DNA of 64,000 bases from Chiloscyllium plagiosum. Its lineage: Eukaryota. The position numbers and the translations under genes are program-made. This document shows positions 40,660 to 53,565 of the stretch, piece by piece. The stretch lies in the NCBI RefSeq assembly GCF_004010195.1, contig NC_057710.1:148954554-149018553 (forward strand), given 5' to 3'. The notes under the pieces are model-generated. The model ran no database searches. It saw nothing but the letters and a program-made list of their open reading frames with translations, and was not told the origin of the DNA. Each line of letters starts with the position of its first letter. Positions within the stretch are counted from its first letter, which is position 1.

Positions 40660-41416
40660 ATAAGTCTGCCAACCGAGTGGAGGGATTTGTTCTCAGATGT
40701 TTCGTCACCATACTAGGTAACATCATCAGTGAGTCTCTGATGAAGCGTTGGTGTTCTGTCCTGCTTGCTATTTGTGTGTCTTGGTCTGATGTGGTGGGTG
40801 ATATCACTTCCAGTTCTGAGGGGTTGGTAAATGGGATTCAAACCTATGTTTGTTAATGGAGTTCTGGTATGAATGCCAGGCCTCCAGGAATTCCCATGCA
40901 TGTCTTTGTTTAGTCTGTCCCAGGAAGGATGTATTGTCCCAGTTGAACTGGTGTCCCTCTTTGTCTGAGTGTATGGATACCAGTGATAGTTGGTCATGTT
41001 TTTAGTGGCTAGCCACCAGGATACATGAGTACCAACTGGCCACCAAAAGACATGACCAATTATCACTGGCATCCATACACTCAGACAAAGAGGGACACCA
41101 GTTCAACTGGGACAATACATCCATCCTGGGACAGGCTAAACAAAAACATGCATGGGAATTCCAAGAGGCCTGACATTCAAACCGGGACTCCATTTACCAA
41201 CATCTCAGAAAAAGAACCGGAAGTGATATCACCCACCACAACAGACCAAGACACATAAATAACAAGTGGAACAGAACACCAACGCTTCATTGGTGTCTCA
41301 CTGATGATATTACCAAGTATGGTGACAAACTGTCCGAGAACAAATCCCCCAGTTCAGCAAGCAAACTTACAACCTAAACCACAACCTAAGCTACACATCT
41401 CAAAACAAAAACACAA
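40660..41416. mobile_element. Inverted-pair PLE, 14-bp TSD
   Basis: Arms invert near 41010; AGCATCTT(C/A)ATGTT at 40646-40659 and 41417-41430; hammerhead motif minus 40696-40729, decayed partner at 41301. Confidence 0.82.
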
Positions 41417-43188
41417 AGCATCTTAATGTTTCCTTTTCAGAAAAGAATTCAATTCCTTCAAATGCCTTACTTGAACATGCCTACTCAGTATTCTCTGGAA
41501 ATGATTTTAAGATTCCAACCACTTGCTGCACGAGATTGTAAAAGCAGAAATGAAGTAAGCAATTACAATGAAACATATCCATTTGTTCTCAATCCTTCCT
41601 CAAATAGGAATAGTTTTCCCTATCCATTTTGTCTAAATACCTTACTTTTTTGAATAGTCAGAGTTTTAAAGTATGGAAAAAAGGACGTTCAGTACATATG
41701 TCTATGCTGCTTAGCAAGCAAGAATCTGCTCCATTTTCTAACACTTGGCCATGCCCTGAATTCTATGGCATTTCAGATATTCACCTAAACATTTCACAAG
41801 TGTTCCCACCTATGCCATCCTTTCTGGCAATGAATTCCAAATAATGCTCATCTTCTAGGTGAATTTTTTTCTTCCTCAAAAGCCCCCTCAACATTCTGGC
41901 CCTCACATTAAATCTATGCACCTGGATACTGATCCTTCAGAAAAAGGAAGGCTTCTTCCCATCAGTGTCTCTCATAATTTTCAACACTTCAATCTCAGCC
42001 TTATCTGTTCCAAGGAAAACAAGCACTGTCTATCTACTCTCTCTTCATAGTTGTGACACTACAGCCAAGGTAACATCCTGGTTTACCTGCTCTGCACCCT
42101 CACAACATGTTTTATATACATCTTTAATCTCCTCTGAACATTCTGCACCATGGAAAACAGCCCAAACGTCTGCCATCTTACGTAATTGAAGTTCATCACC
42201 CCAGAATCATTGCTGTTAAGGCTGCAATTATGATCATTACCACTGGATGGAGCAATGAACATGCACACACAGGGATGGAACTGCACTGCAACGAGAATAC
42301 CCAGCAACAGCTACTGATCACAAACATGGGAATATATTGGTCCTTTCACCCAGGGACTCCAGCAAGATAAATGTGTATGTAATGACAAAATGCATAACCT
42401 GGGATCAGATAAATGATACTATTTTATAAGTCGAACTGCAGAACTGCCACATTCTACATAAAAGGTAACCTAGGTAGCACCATTCCTTTACATGATCCAA
42501 TTTGTACTATGTTCTTATTATAGAAACTGGAGAAATAGAAATACAGTGCCATATGTTTAAAAAATCTAAAATAAAGGTATGGTAGTTTGCACTTGTACCA
42601 ATGTCAACAGCAGCATACGTGCACATTAACACCAATGCTTATTACAACCAGCTGACATCAACAGCCCCATCTGCATGTGTCAGTGGTCACTTCAGCAGTC
42701 AAAGTAACAGCTCCACTTTGTGACTCTTTTCTGCATTCTAATGACTTCACATCTTTCCTGAAGTGCGATGCTAGGAGCTGGACACAACATGCTGATTAAG
42801 GTCAAACCAGTATTTTATACATTGTCAGCCTTATCACATCTTTATGACCCTTTTAATGAAGTGCAGAATGCTGAAGCATTTTCAATGCACTCTGATACAT
42901 TATCAAACGACCCAGGTTTCTCTATTTCCGTATGCCCTTTAGAATTGTACTCTGTACTTTACATCCACATTCCTCTGACCAAAATGCATCACTTAACACT
43001 TCTGTGCATTAAACTTTATCTGCCACTGGGTTCACACATTTCACCAGTCAATGTCCTTTTAAAGTTTTAATAATACTTCTTACTGTTCATAATCCTTCCA
43101 ACTGTCATATCTGCAAATTTTGAAATTATGCTATGTACACCAGTTATCTAGATCATTAAACGTATAGGAAGAACAAGGGCCACTAGTA

Positions 43189-43282
43189 TTCCTGATGAAG
43201 GGCTTATGCCTGAAACGTCGACTCTCCTGCTCCTCAGATGCTGCCGACCTGCTGTGCTTTTCCAACACCACACTTTTTGACA
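43189..43282 (+). mobile_element. Miniature PLE pLTR starting at a hammerhead motif with intact core (43192-43221)
   Basis: CTGATGAAGGGCTTATGCCTGAAACGTCGA followed by the family 3' sequence. Confidence 0.72.
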
Positions 43283-43736
43283 CTGTTGCCAGTCATTCAG
43301 CCAATTTTGTATCCGTGACACTACTGTCCTGTTTATTTCAGGACCATAAAGATATAGAATGTTGACCATTTGGCTCACTGAGTCTGATCTGTCATTCATG
43401 GCTGATACGAGAATCCTCAATTCTACTTTTCTGTCTTTTCCTTAATCCTCGCTTCCCTTCCTGACTAAAATCTCAGTTTTGACACTACTGAAATATTCTA
43501 TCTTGACAGCTCTACTTAGTAAAGAATTCCACAGATTCACAAATCTCAAGAAATTCCTCTTCACTTTTATCTCAATTGGGTGACTCTTTACACGGGTTAT
43601 GCTCTCTGGGTTTAGATTCTCCCTCAAAAAGGAGAAAACAACCTCAGTATCTATCTTATCAAGCAAACAAAGAATCTTATATATTTCAGTAAGGTCTTTC
43701 ATCCTTCTAAACTCAAATGAGTATAAGCGCACATAG

Positions 43737-43906
43737 AAGAAAGTGAGGACTGCAGATGCTGGAGATCAGAATCGAAAAGTAAGGCGCTGGAAAAGTACAG
43801 CAGGTCAGGCAGTATCTGAGGAGCAGGAGAGTCAACGTTTCATGTATTAGGAATGATGAGGGGCTTATGCTCAAAACATCAACTCTCCTGCTCCTCGGAT
43901 GCTGCC
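43737..43906. mobile_element. Miniature inverted-pair PLE
   Basis: Tail-bearing left arm on minus, short right arm on plus; degenerate TSD TAAGCGC-ACATAG / TAAGCCCAACATAG. Confidence 0.72.
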
Positions 43907-43920
43907 TAAGCCCAACATAG

Positions 43921-44190
43921 TTGGCACAGTGGCTAGCACTGCTGCCTCACAACACCAGGGTCCCAGGTTCGATTCTAGCCTCAGGCAACTGTCAGTGTGG
44001 AGTGTGCACATTCTCCCATGTCTGCGTGGGTTTCCTCCCATAGTCACAAAGATGTGCAGGCCAGGTGAATTGGCTGTGCTAAATTGCCCAATGTTAGGTG
44101 CATTAGTCAGAGGGAAATAGGTCTGGGTAGGTTACTGTTTGGAGGGTCGGTGTGGACTGCTTGGGCCAAAGTAGGGAATCTAATCTAATA
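43921..44190 (+). mobile_element. HE1-like V-SINE
   Basis: Homologous to 22559-22877, AATCT tail. Confidence 0.82.
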
Positions 44191-44385
44191 ATTGAACTCT
44201 CAAAAAATCTCTTCATTACAATCTAGTAACCTACTTGAGGTGATAACTGTGGTCACAAACCTGTTTCACACAAAATAAAAGATTTTTTAGCTCTGAAGCA
44301 AACAGCCCAGTTCATCCAGTACTTTCTACGTGGAATAAAGGTGCTAAAAAAGGAAACGTAATTGGGCTGTATGAAGCTATGGAGG

Positions 44386-44538
44386 TAAAAACAATGACTG
44401 CAGATGCTGGAAACCAGATTCTGGATTAGTGGTGCTAAAGGAATAAAGTGGATCAGGAATAAAGGATGAAGGGCTTTTGCCCGAAACGTCGAATTCGCTG
44501 CTCCTTGGATGCTGCGCTCTTCCAGCACCGCTAATCCA
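44386..44538. mobile_element. Miniature inverted-pair PLE, 13-bp TSD
   Basis: GAAGCTATGGAGG at 44373-44385 and 44539-44551; arms match the 160-297 family. Confidence 0.82.
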
Positions 44539-44819
44539 GAAGCTATGGAGGGTCCACCCATTTCAGTTACGAGAAATATCAATAACCAGGAAGCAGAGAT
44601 TTAAAGTAATTGAAAGGAAGACTGAAGGAGTGTGGTGCAGGGCCATGATCACGTTGGTAAAGACAGAAAGCCTGGTCACATTTGAAAGCACTTCTGAAAT
44701 CAATAACCTAGAGTCGGGGACCAAGCTTTGGAAAATGAGACTGAGGCTGCGTTATGTTTGCGCCTATTGAAAAAGTAATAATGAGCCTAATGACTTCCTC
44801 CGTGATAAGTTTTTTTTCC

Positions 44820-45600
44820 CGTTTATATTCGCATTCTCCGGCAGCGAAAGGCAGAGAGCGGTACTGACCCACTCTGAAGGACAGCGGCTTCCCTCCATTC
44901 GGTCGCTCTCGCTCCTTCTGACAGGTCAGGACTCTCTGCAGCAGCAGCCGGGCCAAGCACTTCTTGTGTTTGTGAGACGACTCCACCAGGGTGATCGCCT
45001 CCGCCAGGCAGGCTCTCTGCCCGCCCAGCAATCCGTCCAGCAGCCGGTCAAGCAGCTGCCTCTCCCAGTCGGTGAGGGTTTCGGCCAACAGCAGCTGCTC
45101 TCCCGCCAACACGGCTCCGCTGCTCCGGCGCCTGCACTGCGCCCGAGCTGGCTGCCAGCGCGCGGCCTCCGGCTGCTCCCCGGCAGTGCCCATCCGGGAC
45201 ACCGGGTTCAAGCACGCGGAGCCAGCACGCGCCGAACTCAAACTCCTGGGCGCCGCGAGGCTCCAACGGCTCTTGCACAGCAGCCGCGCCGCCGTCAACG
45301 TCAACATCCTTCACAGGAAGGCGGAGACCACCGAGTTCCCGGCTTACATCTCCTCCAGCACGCCTTTGGTTTCCATTTCTTCCCTTACACTTTTGGGTGC
45401 GGTGAAACAACGAGGCCTACGTATCTTAACCCGACTGAACTTTTAACCCCTATTCGGTCACTACATTGGAAAACAATGAAACACCACAGGTCGTTGAAGG
45501 GAAGGTAACCCAGTGTGACCTGTCCGTGAGCGGTTCCGGGGCACGTATTCCACTTCCCTTTACGCGTGCGCACTGGCCAATACTTTTTATCCCGGGATCG
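44820..45600. promoter_or_regulatory. CpG island / MMAA promoter region
   Basis: Main strongly GC/CpG-rich segment of the window; ETS-like CCGGAA (minus, 45534-45539), NRF1-like TGCGCACGCGTA (minus, 45561-45572), CCAAT 45577-45581. Confidence 0.75.
44869..45307 (-). CDS. MMAA: MMAA (methylmalonic aciduria type A GTPase) first coding exon, with mitochondrial targeting peptide
   Basis: ATG at 45307; Arg-rich, acid-poor N-terminus, then GQRACLAEAITLVES...GKPLSFRVG; donor G|GTCAGT at 44868; 439 nt, the length I recall for the first human coding exon. Confidence 0.95.
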
Positions 45601-45752
45601 AATTTTAATTCAGGCAGAAATTGTTTAAAGAAGGGTTGGGAGTGGTGTAAGAGGAGGAGTGCCGTGATTGCTGAGGGAGGTGGAAGGTGAACGGCAATGG
45701 TGGTTGCAGTGATTGTGTTTCCAATAATCGATACAATAGGTAGAAAATACGT

Positions 45753-46115
45753 CATGATTTGGAGATGCCGGTTAAAAATCACACAACACCAGGTTATAGT
45801 CCAACAGGTTTAATTGGAAGCACACCAGCTTTCGGAGCGTCGCTCCTTCATCAGGGCTCAATCCTAACAGAATTTATAGCAAAAATTTAGTGTGATGTAA
45901 CTGAAACTATACATGGAAAAATTGATTGTCTGTTAAGCCTTTCATCTGTTAGAATACAGTGATAGTTTCACTTCTTTCATGTGTAAATCACAAAACCTTT
46001 TTTTAAAAAAGTTGCATTTTCGGGTTAGCTGTTAACAATGGTGATAGCTAGACAATATGTTGAACGTGTCGGTCCCGTGTGTTCTGTCTCTACCATGATG
46101 TTTAGATTGATTCTA
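45753..46115 (-). mobile_element. PLE pLTR of a further family with hammerhead motif (45826-45854)
   Basis: Minus CTGATGAAGGAGCGACGCTCCGAAAGCTG; boundaries approximate. Confidence 0.62.
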
Positions 46116-47077
46116 AGACAATTTTCAGTTATTCTGAATCTGAAGTCAATTAAGTATCCAGTGTAGAAAATAAATTGATCAGGACAATTCTAAGTCTCCA
46201 AGGAAAGTGTGAAATGTGACTGGGTAAAGGAAGGGAAATAAACAAGTTCGAAATTGATTCTGAATCAATATGACCCCTTCCTTCTAAGAGACTAGAACTA
46301 GGAGACTCTCTGAAAAGTGAGCAGTGTCTTAAAAGTCTCCACATGCACTAAATTTGTCTTGCAACTGTTAATATTTGATTTTTTTTTTGTTTTTTAAGAA
46401 ACATAGAAAAGAAACTAGACTATTTTGTTCTCCCCACTTTAAGCAATATTGTGATATTGTTCAAGTACAGGAGCATATTCGGGTGGCTTTGCAATAAGTA
46501 GCCTTAAAAACAGCTATTTGGTGAGACATTGATACGTTCTAGTGCTCTTACCACGAGCTCTGGTACTTCCAAGTCAACATTTTCACTTAAAGGATGCAGG
46601 AAATTGAAGGAAGCTTAAAAACTTCTATAGAAGTTGAATTGGGTTTTCCAAAAGTGTTGTTCAATCACCTGTTGGTTATTTCCACATCGTTCCACTAAAG
46701 ACAATTCTATTCTGAACTGGTCTGCAAGTAGGTTTGCCCAGTCTTTGTTCTCAAGATTCTACAAATCTCCATGAGGTAATATGCAAACACATTTTACATT
46801 GTATGCTTTTGTTTTACAAGTGGAGAATTAATTAAATTTAATTTAAAGCCATAAATACAGATTAAAATTGCTGACACCGAGTTTTAAGGAATTAACAAAC
46901 ATTTCAATTTTCTAAACAATTTGCACATCCAAAGCCATTCTCTATCCAAATTTACCATTAATCACCAAACAGCAAGGATGGCTGCTGCTTAAAATTGCAC
47001 GTGCCAAAATCATACATTTTGCTTTATTTTCCAGAGGATGCTGTCAGGTTCAATCTTTTATAACATAAGGTCCAGTA

Positions 47078-47175
47078 GTGCAGATTAGGAGTCTTTTATG
47101 TGAGACATGATTTAATTGGATTTGTGCAGATTAGGAGTCTTTTATGTGAGACATGATTTAATTGGATTTGTGCAG
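47078..47175 (+). repeat. Perfect 46-bp tandem duplication
   Basis: GTGCAGATTAGGAGTCTTTTATGTGAGACATGATTTAATTGGATTT twice, plus GTGCAG. Confidence 0.95.
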
Positions 47176-48534
47176 CAAGGTTAATATTAATTTCAAAAAT
47201 ATTATAACCTCATTAATTTGGAAACTCTTGTGGTCTTGATTTTATTTTTAATCAAAATTTTGATTCTAGATACTCATCCTGCATTGGCCTAATATCATGC
47301 CTTTCCAAAATATTTTCTGCGTGCGTCAGATGGAGCCATAGCATGGATTGGTGTGTAACCTGTATTATTTTGTCTTCATGTCAACAGGCATTGACAGTGA
47401 AGCAGAAATTGGATGAACCTCGTTTCACTTGAGAACTACATCTGATTGTACAGTGTACAACAGAGGGCTACAGTGTTTGAGGTCATGTTATTGGATTACA
47501 TTAACTTTGTCAACAAGATCTCAGTAGAATTTACTATTTTGTTCAATTTTGCAACCATAAATACAGACAAACTGGCAGAAACATATCAAAGCCAAGCATA
47601 CAACTGTGCGATTATAACTGTGTTTAGCAATCACTTGATAACATACAAATCTTAAAACTCAGACTTAAAAATTTTAGCCCAAAGGCCAAATCAATCTTCA
47701 ATAAACCTAAGGAACTGTATGTTAAAGAAAATGGCTGTCCACATAAATGCAAATTCCTTCACCTGCACCCAACTAAAGTTTGCGAATTTTGCTACATTCA
47801 CATGTATCTTGATGCTAGACCATCAGAGATTTTTGATAACTCATTCATTATGGATTTTGGATTCAGAAAGTCAAAAGTTTTACAGCTAATCTGTACACAG
47901 ATTCTACAAAATAAATGACCAGATAACTAGTTTTCATTGTTTGTTGAGGGATAAATATTGGCCAGGATCAGAATATCCTTTCTCCTCTTCAAGATTTCAT
48001 CTGAAGGTTAGCACTTCTAACAGTGTTAGTATAGAACTAGATTAGGATTATGTCATTTTAACTGCTAAGAGGCAGTTTCTGTTTTGATACCAATGTTGAG
48101 ATGAAAAGGAGGATTCAAAATACGGCATTGAAATAAAAGCTTATACAGTTAATTGTGAACCATAAACAAAATTCTAATGCATATATTTGATGTGAACTTC
48201 CATGTCCACAGTGGCTAGGCCTTCTACTGCCAGTGGAAGTTGGAAGGCTGCAATCTCACAATATTCGTATTTCACAGCCAATATGAATGTCTACGTTTGG
48301 TGTCTGAGAATTATAAAAAGGGGAAACGGAAGATAAAAGCGCATGCAAAAACAGGACATTTTTAAAATTTTTCTTTCCCAAAGTATGGGAGATCAATTCA
48401 TATCACTAATATTGATTACCTCAAAGCCAAAATGTTACATGAAGAAATGGCTTTGGATAATTTATAGAATTTGTATTGAAATATTTCATGCAATTTGATC
48501 ACAGCACTACATAGTACTCAAGAATATGCCATGT

Positions 48535-50692
48535 TTTCTGTTGAATAAAAAGGTTTATTTTGTACACCAATTCTGTAAAATATTTATTTTGTTTTCTCCC
48601 TCAAGTCTACAGATTTCTTGTGATTGTAAATTACAGACTGGTCCATTATGGAATAGAGGAAGAAAAAACAGAACATCATAAGTAGATAAGCCATCATATA
48701 TCATGTTTGAGGATGCTGAATGATATCTAACTGAAGTAATTTTGCATTACAATAGTGTTAAAAATTAAAATCTTTTCAATGATGTGGAAATTTTAGTGAA
48801 CTGCATGATCCAACTGACAACTTCTCATCCCCGTATAGGATGCGGAAAAGCTGTAAAAGAAAAAAGAAAAACTTTTCTAAAAATGAGAATGCTACAGACT
48901 GGTTTCCAACCATCTCTTTTCCACCTGCCTGTTGTTTTCATTTGTTTGCAGGAAGTTTGTATTTCACGAAGACTAAACCACTTGATATTTACAGCGACAA
49001 CAAATGTTGAATGGTACAATATATACAGGTTTGTATTTTTGTATGCCATGATCAAATTTTACCAACATATTGTAACGAACTAACTTTGCTGGCAGCAGTG
49101 AAATTTGTACTAATTCCATCCCCAATTTTTACAAAAATCTCAGCTTTCCCTCCCCTCTTGCCTGTAATTTCTCCTATGTCTAGTTAAGAGTATTTTGAAC
49201 AGGCCTGGGAACAGGGTGGTAAATCTTCAACCTTAGATTAGGAAATTCTAAGGTTTTTATCCTCACACCAAAAGTAAACAGAAAACAAGATCCAAATGGA
49301 TCAAATGAGTTATAAATCAGGGTTAGTTGAATAAAATATTTTTTAAGTCTCTAAAGGTAGAATTTTTAGGGATATAGACTTTGCAGTGGTGCAATTCACA
49401 ATCAGGTTCCCAAATGTCAAAGGAAATCATGCCAGAACAGATTGTTGTTTTTGAAAGACTTACAATCTTTGGAATAAATGTTTCTCCAATTCCACAGCAC
49501 AACAGCAAAGTCTTGTGTAAAAGTGCATATACAACAGTAGAAAAGAAATTAGCACTGTTAAAAACAAATAAAAATATAAAACAAGCTGATTTAACCACTA
49601 GGGAAGTTAAAATTTGTAATGTGTTGCAAGATTCCAGCCAACTGATCTAATCAAGCTGGAAGTAAATGCACAAGAATCTAGTTCTACCAACCTACGAACA
49701 TCCAACCTGTTGGTAGCCACTAATCAGTTGCTCAGAGGATTTATAGAAATCATTTCAAAACAATTCCTTAAACAGACAAACTAGTACAAGGTAACAGAGC
49801 CAGAAGATCTGGTGCAGCAAATACTTTCGGTAAATTTTGCTTGCAAAGTGTTTTTTAAAATATTGAATTAACTATTTCAGAACTGATGTATGGCTACAAG
49901 TAAGAGGACAGTAGCTTCTTACAAAGTACATTTTAAATGCAATAGTTAAAAAATACTGAGTTCACCAAATGCACAGTGGAGAACACGTTGCCCCTTAACC
50001 TACTTCCTTCTAATGTCAGATTGAAAGTCCTTACCTAATTGAAAATGAGGACAAAAGTAATATTTTAAACCTCAACATACATGTAAAACTATACACACCT
50101 TAGAAATCCATCAAGAATGGAGCTGTAACTTGACACTATTACAAAAAAAAAGTCAGCACTGACATTAAGACAGAGCTGCACACAGGGCTCATTTTGTCCA
50201 CTTCCACACTTTTTAAAAACTACAGATGTCAAGTGACCTAATGTGTAGAGGGTTTGTAAGTCATCATTTGTGCAAAATATATTCAACTTCAGCATAACAA
50301 CTGTGCAGCAATTGTGCTCTCTTGGAAAAACAACTTCACTCCTATATTTTGACCACAAACTAGTACTTAAAACACAGCATTTGCAACATTCAAATCTATG
50401 CTTGGTCACCTTTCATCTCTGTATTCTAAAACCATAATTACATAAATTCTTCAGAGTAGGTAGAAATGGAATACCAGTGTAAACTGAACACTTTCACAAG
50501 AACAGCAGTATACTAAAAAAACTGATCATCTTTCTCCAACAATTGGTCACAAAGAATCAAGTGTTTTCCAATTCCCAATCAAGACGGTCCAGAGTGTTTC
50601 CATTCTGTATATCCTTCAAGTGAGATTACAAATTCTTGGAAAACTCAACACTCAAGGATCTATGAGCACTATGAAGCAGCATTAGAGCATTG
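48535..50692 (-). other. SMAD1: Probable SMAD1 3' UTR
   Basis: AU-rich stretch without recognisable repeats after the stop; minus-strand AATAAA at 48583-48588 and 48554-48559. End point inferred. Confidence 0.6.
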
Positions 50693-50860
<168 letters not shown>

Positions 50861-51894
50861 TTACTTTTTTTATAAAATAAAAATAATGCAGAAAGTCCAT
50901 TTTCACCAAAACAGCAAGTAACAAGTTATTGAGATTATATACAAAGCAAAATTTCCCACCTAAATGCACTAATAATTAGCTTGCCTAACTTCAAATGACT
51001 TAAATGCTATTGCTATACTTCATGCATCAGTCATTTTTATGATCAGCACAAATTCTGAAAATATTTAGATTGAACACTTGTAGATTTACAATGTCCCATT
51101 TAATAATCCAAATTGGTATAACATGGAACAGGAGGTAAATTCCAAAAAAGATTTCTCTGGTCCACATTTAATCAAGTTTTCTTTAATTTATTGTAAAAAT
51201 TGTTGTGATCTATGTTTAGCTTTGCCAGACTATCCATATGTCCTTTGACACAGAAGTTATCTATGGTCAAAACAAAGAAAACATCTCCAATGAAAACAAG
51301 GCCAATGCAAGGGCAGTGAAAATCACCTACAATAAACAGCTGGAGATATGGATGAAACGTTACCTTGAGTTGTGTTGTTACTGGAGATGGACTATATACT
51401 ATTGTTATGGAAGAATTGCATATCAATCTACAATAGAGAAGCTGAGCAAAACTATTATCAATTAGTGCATCCCTGCTGAGGGGCTCCAAGATCTTGTTCG
51501 AGTTAATTCAATACCGTTGAATAAAACTACGTCCTGAACTCAAACAAGGATAGAGGCGCTCCTACAGCATCTGTGTCAACTTCTTTGTCACTGCTGGAGG
51601 GAGATGCCTCAGGAAGTGAGAGATGCAAAAATTGTCAAGCCATCAGAACCAATATGTTGCCGCAGAAAATGTAATCGCTATCAAGTAATCTTCTTGCTGA
51701 GATAATAATAGCATTTGTGCATGTTACAACCTTTTGTATTTAGAAGTGTCTCTTACTTTGGGACACACCCACAAATGTTAAAGTCAAAAATCATGGATAA
51801 TTTTGTCCACTTACATATTTGTAACTCTAAGTTACCTAATGGTGTTTGTAAATCGTTATTTGCATAAAATATGTTCAATGTATGTCATATCAGG

Positions 51895-52185
51895 GAGGCA
51901 GCAACATAGTAGTGTAGTTAAGGTAGTGATGTTTCAGCAATTTCACTGTGCTCATAACCCAGAACATTAACATATTCATCTGAACAAATAATGTCCTTCA
52001 GGGAAAGAAATCTGCCACCCTCACCCGGTTCTAGCCTCATGAGGCGACAGAGCTCCAGCAATGTGGTTAACTCTCAACTGCCTTCAAGTGGTCAAACAAG
52101 CCATAGGCATGATGTGGAGGAGTCATTGGCAATTAGGGATGGCATTAAATGGTGGAATGGCCAGTGACATTCACATTACAGGAAC
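51895..52185 (+). mobile_element. Deu-domain-type SINE, degenerate
   Basis: GTCCTTCAGGGAAAGAAATCTGCC core and LINE-derived GGCAATTAGGGATGG tail. Confidence 0.55.
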
Positions 52186-52674
52186 AAATACAGAAGGTCT
52201 TGGATAAACATATCTACCCCACCCTGAATGCCAGTGTGGTTTCAGAACGAGAAGACCTTAATCAAAATCATTTTCTCAGTCAAATAAGCTGCAAGCGAAA
52301 TATGGCGACTGAAGAAGAACACCATTGTCATGAGTTGTAAAGGTGCTTCGACTGTTCATTTTACTTTGGGGCTCGTCAAAAGGATTGTGAAAATTGGGTT
52401 TCATTTGAAATACTGGATCTTTTCAGTCTGAAAGGCTCTCAAAACTACTTACTAAAAGTCAGATGTTTAAACTAAGTAAACAGAAAAGGTTTGTAAACCA
52501 TGGAATTGCTAGGGTTTAGTGGAATTTCCATGTCAGAGAAGCATATGAATTATGAGCAAAAGCAAGCTATTCAGCCCTTTAAACTTGCTCCACCATTCAT
52601 CAAGATCATGGCTGTTATGTCTATGTTCTAAATTTACCATTCATGACTGCCATCACTAACCTTTCATTTCCTTG

Positions 52675-52840
52675 GGGCAGGAGAATCGATGTTTCGGGCA
52701 TAAGCCCTTCTTCAGGAATCCTGAAGGGCTTATGCCCAAAACCTCGATTCTCCTGCTCCTCGGATGCTGCCTGGCCTGCTGTGTTTTTCCAGCACATTTT
52801 TCAACTCTGTTCTCCAGCATCTGCAGTCCTCACTTTCTCC
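52675..52840. mobile_element. Miniature inverted-pair PLE, 15-bp TSD
   Basis: CCTTT(C/T)ATTTCCTTG at 52660-52674 and 52839-52853; two back-to-back hammerhead motifs around 52719. Confidence 0.82.
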
Positions 52841-53565
52841 TTTTATTTCCTTGCCTAACAAGAATCTACCTCGACCTTAAAAATTTTCAAGGACTGTTGC
52901 TCACTCCAGCATTCAATCTAGTAAATCTCCCCTGAACCACCTCCAATATGTGCACATCCTTTCTTAAATAAGGAAACCGAAACTGAACATAACATCTGAA
53001 TTTATTGTTGTTAAAATGTGTGGCTATTTTGATATTGGAATTTATTTGGGTTGTAGTCCTAAACTGAGCCTTTGCCACCCTTCTGGGAAACCTCTTAAGG
53101 ATCTCCTGTCAGAACTGAAAACAGAAACAGGTGTATTCCACTAGAGGACTTACTTTTGACATCTTCTGAATGTATTATTTTTGAAAAGATCCGAGTGGTA
53201 ACTGCATGTGACTAATGACAACCATTTGTATGTGTAGTAACGTCAAACTAAAAGTCACCTTGCACATTTTTTCTTTTATTCTGAGAATCAACAAATATTT
53301 GCCTAATGTCATTTCTCTCCCCAAAGTTAATCTCAGATTTTTTTATTTTTATAAAGTCATAGAGATCTACAGCACAGAAAAAGGCCCTACGGCCCATCAC
53401 ATCCATGTTGGTCAAAAACAACTTCCTAGCTATTCTAAACAAATGTTCATTAACTGATCTATGTTGAGTTGTTTAGAAGAATAAATACTTTTATATTCAT
53501 ACATCAACCAGCCCTGATTAGTCTTACATATCTGTTGAACCAGTTTCAAAATAAATCAAAAAATT

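Noticed and set aside
44966-45508. Long + strand ORFs (180 and 151 aa) and alternate-frame minus ORF over the CpG island
   Set aside because: Shadow ORFs of the GC-rich MMAA exon; no recognisable domain.
46460-46467. miR-26 seed match (TACTTGAA on minus)
   Set aside because: A single 8-mer beyond the likely SMAD1 polyA signals; cannot be told from chance.
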